Shown: positions 61,733-64,000 of the stretch, one piece after another | Position numbering within the stretch: position 1 is the stretch's first letter | Layout of the letters: every line of letters starts with the position of its first letter | From: an uncultured Chloroflexia bacterium | GTDB lineage: Bacteria > Chloroflexota > Limnocylindria > Limnocylindrales > CSP1-4 | Reading direction: 5' to 3' | NCBI GenBank assembly: GCA_963748625.1 | Contig: CAVVJT010000002.1 | Coordinates: forward strand, 192,001 to 256,000 | Length of the DNA: 64,000 nt | Notes under the pieces: generated by a model | What the model was told of the DNA's origin: nothing | The model's database searches: none | What the model saw: only the letters and a program-made list of their open reading frames with translations | Position numbers and translations under genes: made by a program

Positions 61733-62806
61733 ATGAACCGCCCAGCCGCTCCCCGATCAGCCCTCCCGGTCGCACTGGGCACCCTTGCCCTCGCTGTGAT
61801 CGTCGCTGCATGCTCTGGCGCGGCCAGCAGCGCCGCGTCGCCGGCAGCTTCGCCGGCTGCCCAGGCAACCGCCGCGCCGGCTGCCTCGACCGCCACCGTG
61901 GCATCCCCGGTGATGCCCTCGGGCGCCCGGCCGAGCGGACCAGGGGGCATGACATCCGGTCCCGCCGCGACCTACTCGAACGTCGCCTACGCCTCGACGT
62001 CGGCGTCCCAGGTGCTCGACATCTGGATGCCGGAAGGGGCGACCGGGCCGGTCCCGCTCGTCATCCTCGTCCACGGCGGCGCCTTCAAGGGTGGCGACAA
62101 GGCGATGGAGGGCGGCAACGTCGCATCCGTCCTCGCCGCCGGCTACGCCGCCGCCAGCCTCAACTACCGCCTGTCCGGCGAGGCGCCCTTCCCGGCGGCC
62201 GTCCAGGACGTGAAGGCCGCCGTGCGGTTCCTTCGCGCGAACGCGGCGCAGTACGGGCTCGATCCTGACCGGTTCGCTGCGTGGGGCGAGTCCGCCGGCG
62301 GCAACCTCGTCGCGATGATCGGGACCACCGGTGACCAGGCCACCGTCCTCGACGACCCTGCCCTCGGCAATGCCGACGTGTCGAGCGCCGTCCAGGCGGT
62401 GGTCGACCTCTACGGCCCCACCGACTTCCTCCAGATGGACGCCCAGTTCGCCGCGGCTCCCCCGGCCGCGTGCAACGGCCAGGTCCAGGCGCACGACCCC
62501 GCGGACTCGCCCGAGTCGGTCTACGTCGGCGGCGCCATCCAGACGGTGCCGGATGCGGCCGCTGCCGCCAATCCGATCCCCTACATCGCGACGGCCACCT
62601 CGCTCCCCGTCTTCCTGATCGCCCATGGTGACTCCGACTGCCTGGTCCCGAACCAGCAGTCACAGATCCTCCAGGACGCGCTGCAGGCAGCGGGTGCCAC
62701 GTCCACCTTCAACCTCGTCGCGGGCGCCGGCCACGGCGACCAGGCGATCACCACCTCGCAGACGCCCATCGCGCTCGAGATGCTGAAGACGGTCTTCGGA
62801 ACGTAG
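61733..62806 (+). CDS. Lipoprotein alpha/beta hydrolase (HSL-like esterase)
   Basis: Lipobox VAAC; HGGAF, NYRLS, GESAGG, HGDSD, GAGHG. Confidence 0.9.
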   Translation: MNRPAAPRSALPVALGTLALAVIVAACSGAASSAASPAASPAAQATAAPAASTATVASPVMPSGARPSGPGGMTSGPAATYSNVAYASTSASQVLDIWMPEGATGPVPLVILVHGGAFKGGDKAMEGGNVASVLAAGYAAASLNYRLSGEAPFPAAVQDVKAAVRFLRANAAQYGLDPDRFAAWGESAGGNLVAMIGTTGDQATVLDDPALGNADVSSAVQAVVDLYGPTDFLQMDAQFAAAPPAACNGQVQAHDPADSPESVYVGGAIQTVPDAAAAANPIPYIATATSLPVFLIAHGDSDCLVPNQQSQILQDALQAAGATSTFNLVAGAGHGDQAITTSQTPIALEMLKTVFGT

Positions 62807-62853
62807 GCGGAGTGCCGGCCGATGGCCACCACGGATGCGGTCGTCGGTGTGCG

Positions 62854-63576
62854 TCAGGACCCCGGTGTCCCCACGGCTGGTGGGGGCGTCACCTCGGCCA
62901 TCGTGCGGACTCGTTCGGCCGGCGCAAGCTGCGTCGCGCGCTCCAGCAGGAGTGCGCCGAGCAGGAATGCGGCCTGGTTCAGCGTGTTCAGCAGCTGCTC
63001 CGCCCACTGGAGCGCCTCGGACTGGGCCTCGGCTCGGGCCAGCCCGTTGAGCACCAGCGTGACGACCATGCTGACGACGAACAGCCACCCCAGGCCCGTC
63101 CGCCCGATCGCCCTGGCCCAACGCGCGAGCAGCAGGCTGGCCACGACGCTGCCGCTGGTCGCCGCGAACAGCCACAGAAGGGGCACGATGCGTCCGCCGG
63201 CAGGAGCCATGACCGCCGTGAGCGGCAGCAGCACCGCGAGGGCGACCGCCGCGGTGGCCCAGGTGGGGGCCCGGGCGACGCGTCCGTTCGCGGCCTGCCA
63301 GCCGCGCCACAGCGCCATCACGAGCAGCAGGTAGCCCGTCGCCAGGAGCAGGTACAGGGCGATGAACAGGGGCACGAGATCAGGTCCGCCGGCAGTCATG
63401 ACGAGCTTCCAGCTGGCCCGCGACAGGCCACCTGCCACGACGAGGACGGCACCCAGCGCGGCCCACGCCCCGGCACCCCGGTCCACCCGCCTGATCATGC
63501 GCACGATCAGAAGCAGCCCGAAGGCGGTCAGCAGGACTGGCACGAAGTCTTCGATGGCCAGCGCGAGGGACGGCAT
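62854..63576 (-). CDS. Hypothetical multi-pass membrane protein
   Basis: About 7 hydrophobic helices; EDFVPV, RASWKL, QWAEQ. Confidence 0.75.
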   Translation of the reverse strand: MPSLALAIEDFVPVLLTAFGLLLIVRMIRRVDRGAGAWAALGAVLVVAGGLSRASWKLVMTAGGPDLVPLFIALYLLLATGYLLLVMALWRGWQAANGRVARAPTWATAAVALAVLLPLTAVMAPAGGRIVPLLWLFAATSGSVVASLLLARWARAIGRTGLGWLFVVSMVVTLVLNGLARAEAQSEALQWAEQLLNTLNQAAFLLGALLLERATQLAPAERVRTMAEVTPPPAVGTPGS

Positions 63577-63639
63577 CGGCAGAGGGTAGTGGCCCGGGCG
63601 ACGCGCGTACAGGCCCCCAGGCGGCCCGGGTGCCAGTCG

Positions 63640-64000
63640 CTACATCGCTGTGCGTCGGCGTCCCAGCAATAGGGCGAGCGCGATCAGCCCAGCCACCAGC
63701 CCAGCCACCAGCCCAGCCACCAGCCCAACGACCAGCGACCGGGCCTTGACGATGTCCCGCTGGTAGTTGCGCAAGTAGGGGACCAGTTCGAAGTCCTCGT
63801 CGTAGATGCCGAACAGGGTGGGGTGCCGTTTCGTGAGCCCCAGCCGGTGGGCGAATTCGATGGAGAAGATCTCGAAGTCGATCTTGTCCAGGCTTCGGCG
63901 ATAGGAGAAGGCGGCGAAGAATCGCAGCACGTCGCCGGCAGTGGCGTCGTACTCCTCCAGCGCGGCCGGGATGTTCGCATGGCGGCTGAGGATCTCGCGG
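63640..64000 (-). CDS. C-terminal part of a hypothetical protein with a C-terminal TM anchor (5' end outside the window)
   Basis: Open frame from the edge: REILSRHANIPAALEEYD...; 12-bp repeat giving (GLVA)n. Confidence 0.6.
   Translation of the reverse strand, partial: REILSRHANIPAALEEYDATAGDVLRFFAAFSYRRSLDKIDFEIFSIEFAHRLGLTKRHPTLFGIYDEDFELVPYLRNYQRDIVKARSLVVGLVAGLVAGLVAGLIALALLLGRRRTAM

Overview
Very GC-rich bacterial DNA. The gene styles (Asp-box-like lipoproteins, ECF sigma with beta-propeller partners, many leaderless-looking starts) suggest Chloroflexota or Actinomycetota; this is inference only. The first 17.8 kb is a purine/urate catabolism island: two molybdenum hydroxylases, ygeY, ygeW, two fold-type II PLP enzymes, ssnA, ygfK and a guanine deaminase, interrupted by a vapBC pair. 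Bases 1-12.6 kb carry many single-base indels that look like assembly error. The remainder is accessory and regulatory: an ECF module, a 5'-3' exonuclease, a P-type ATPase, three two-component systems, TA genes, secreted proteins and kdgK-gnd. Two candidate undescribed regulons can be read directly from the DNA. (1) At 27.2-32.6 kb, four promoters share ATGAC-N5-GTCATGACA around an orphan atypical response regulator, a degenerate GGDQF protein, a GDFAxG-repeat microprotein and CsbD/GlsB-type stress genes. (2) At 50.9-56.2 kb, a two-component system, an APH-like kinase and exported proteins ending in (SVA/SVD)n and (EEP/EET)n tripeptide tails share a second promoter box. Also present: a 424-bp near-identical duplication 16 kb apart, a ~150-bp dispersed repeat beside a broken PIN gene, and an orphan protein with an eCIS-cargo-like leader. 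I found no rRNA, tRNA, CRISPR array, integrase or transposase.
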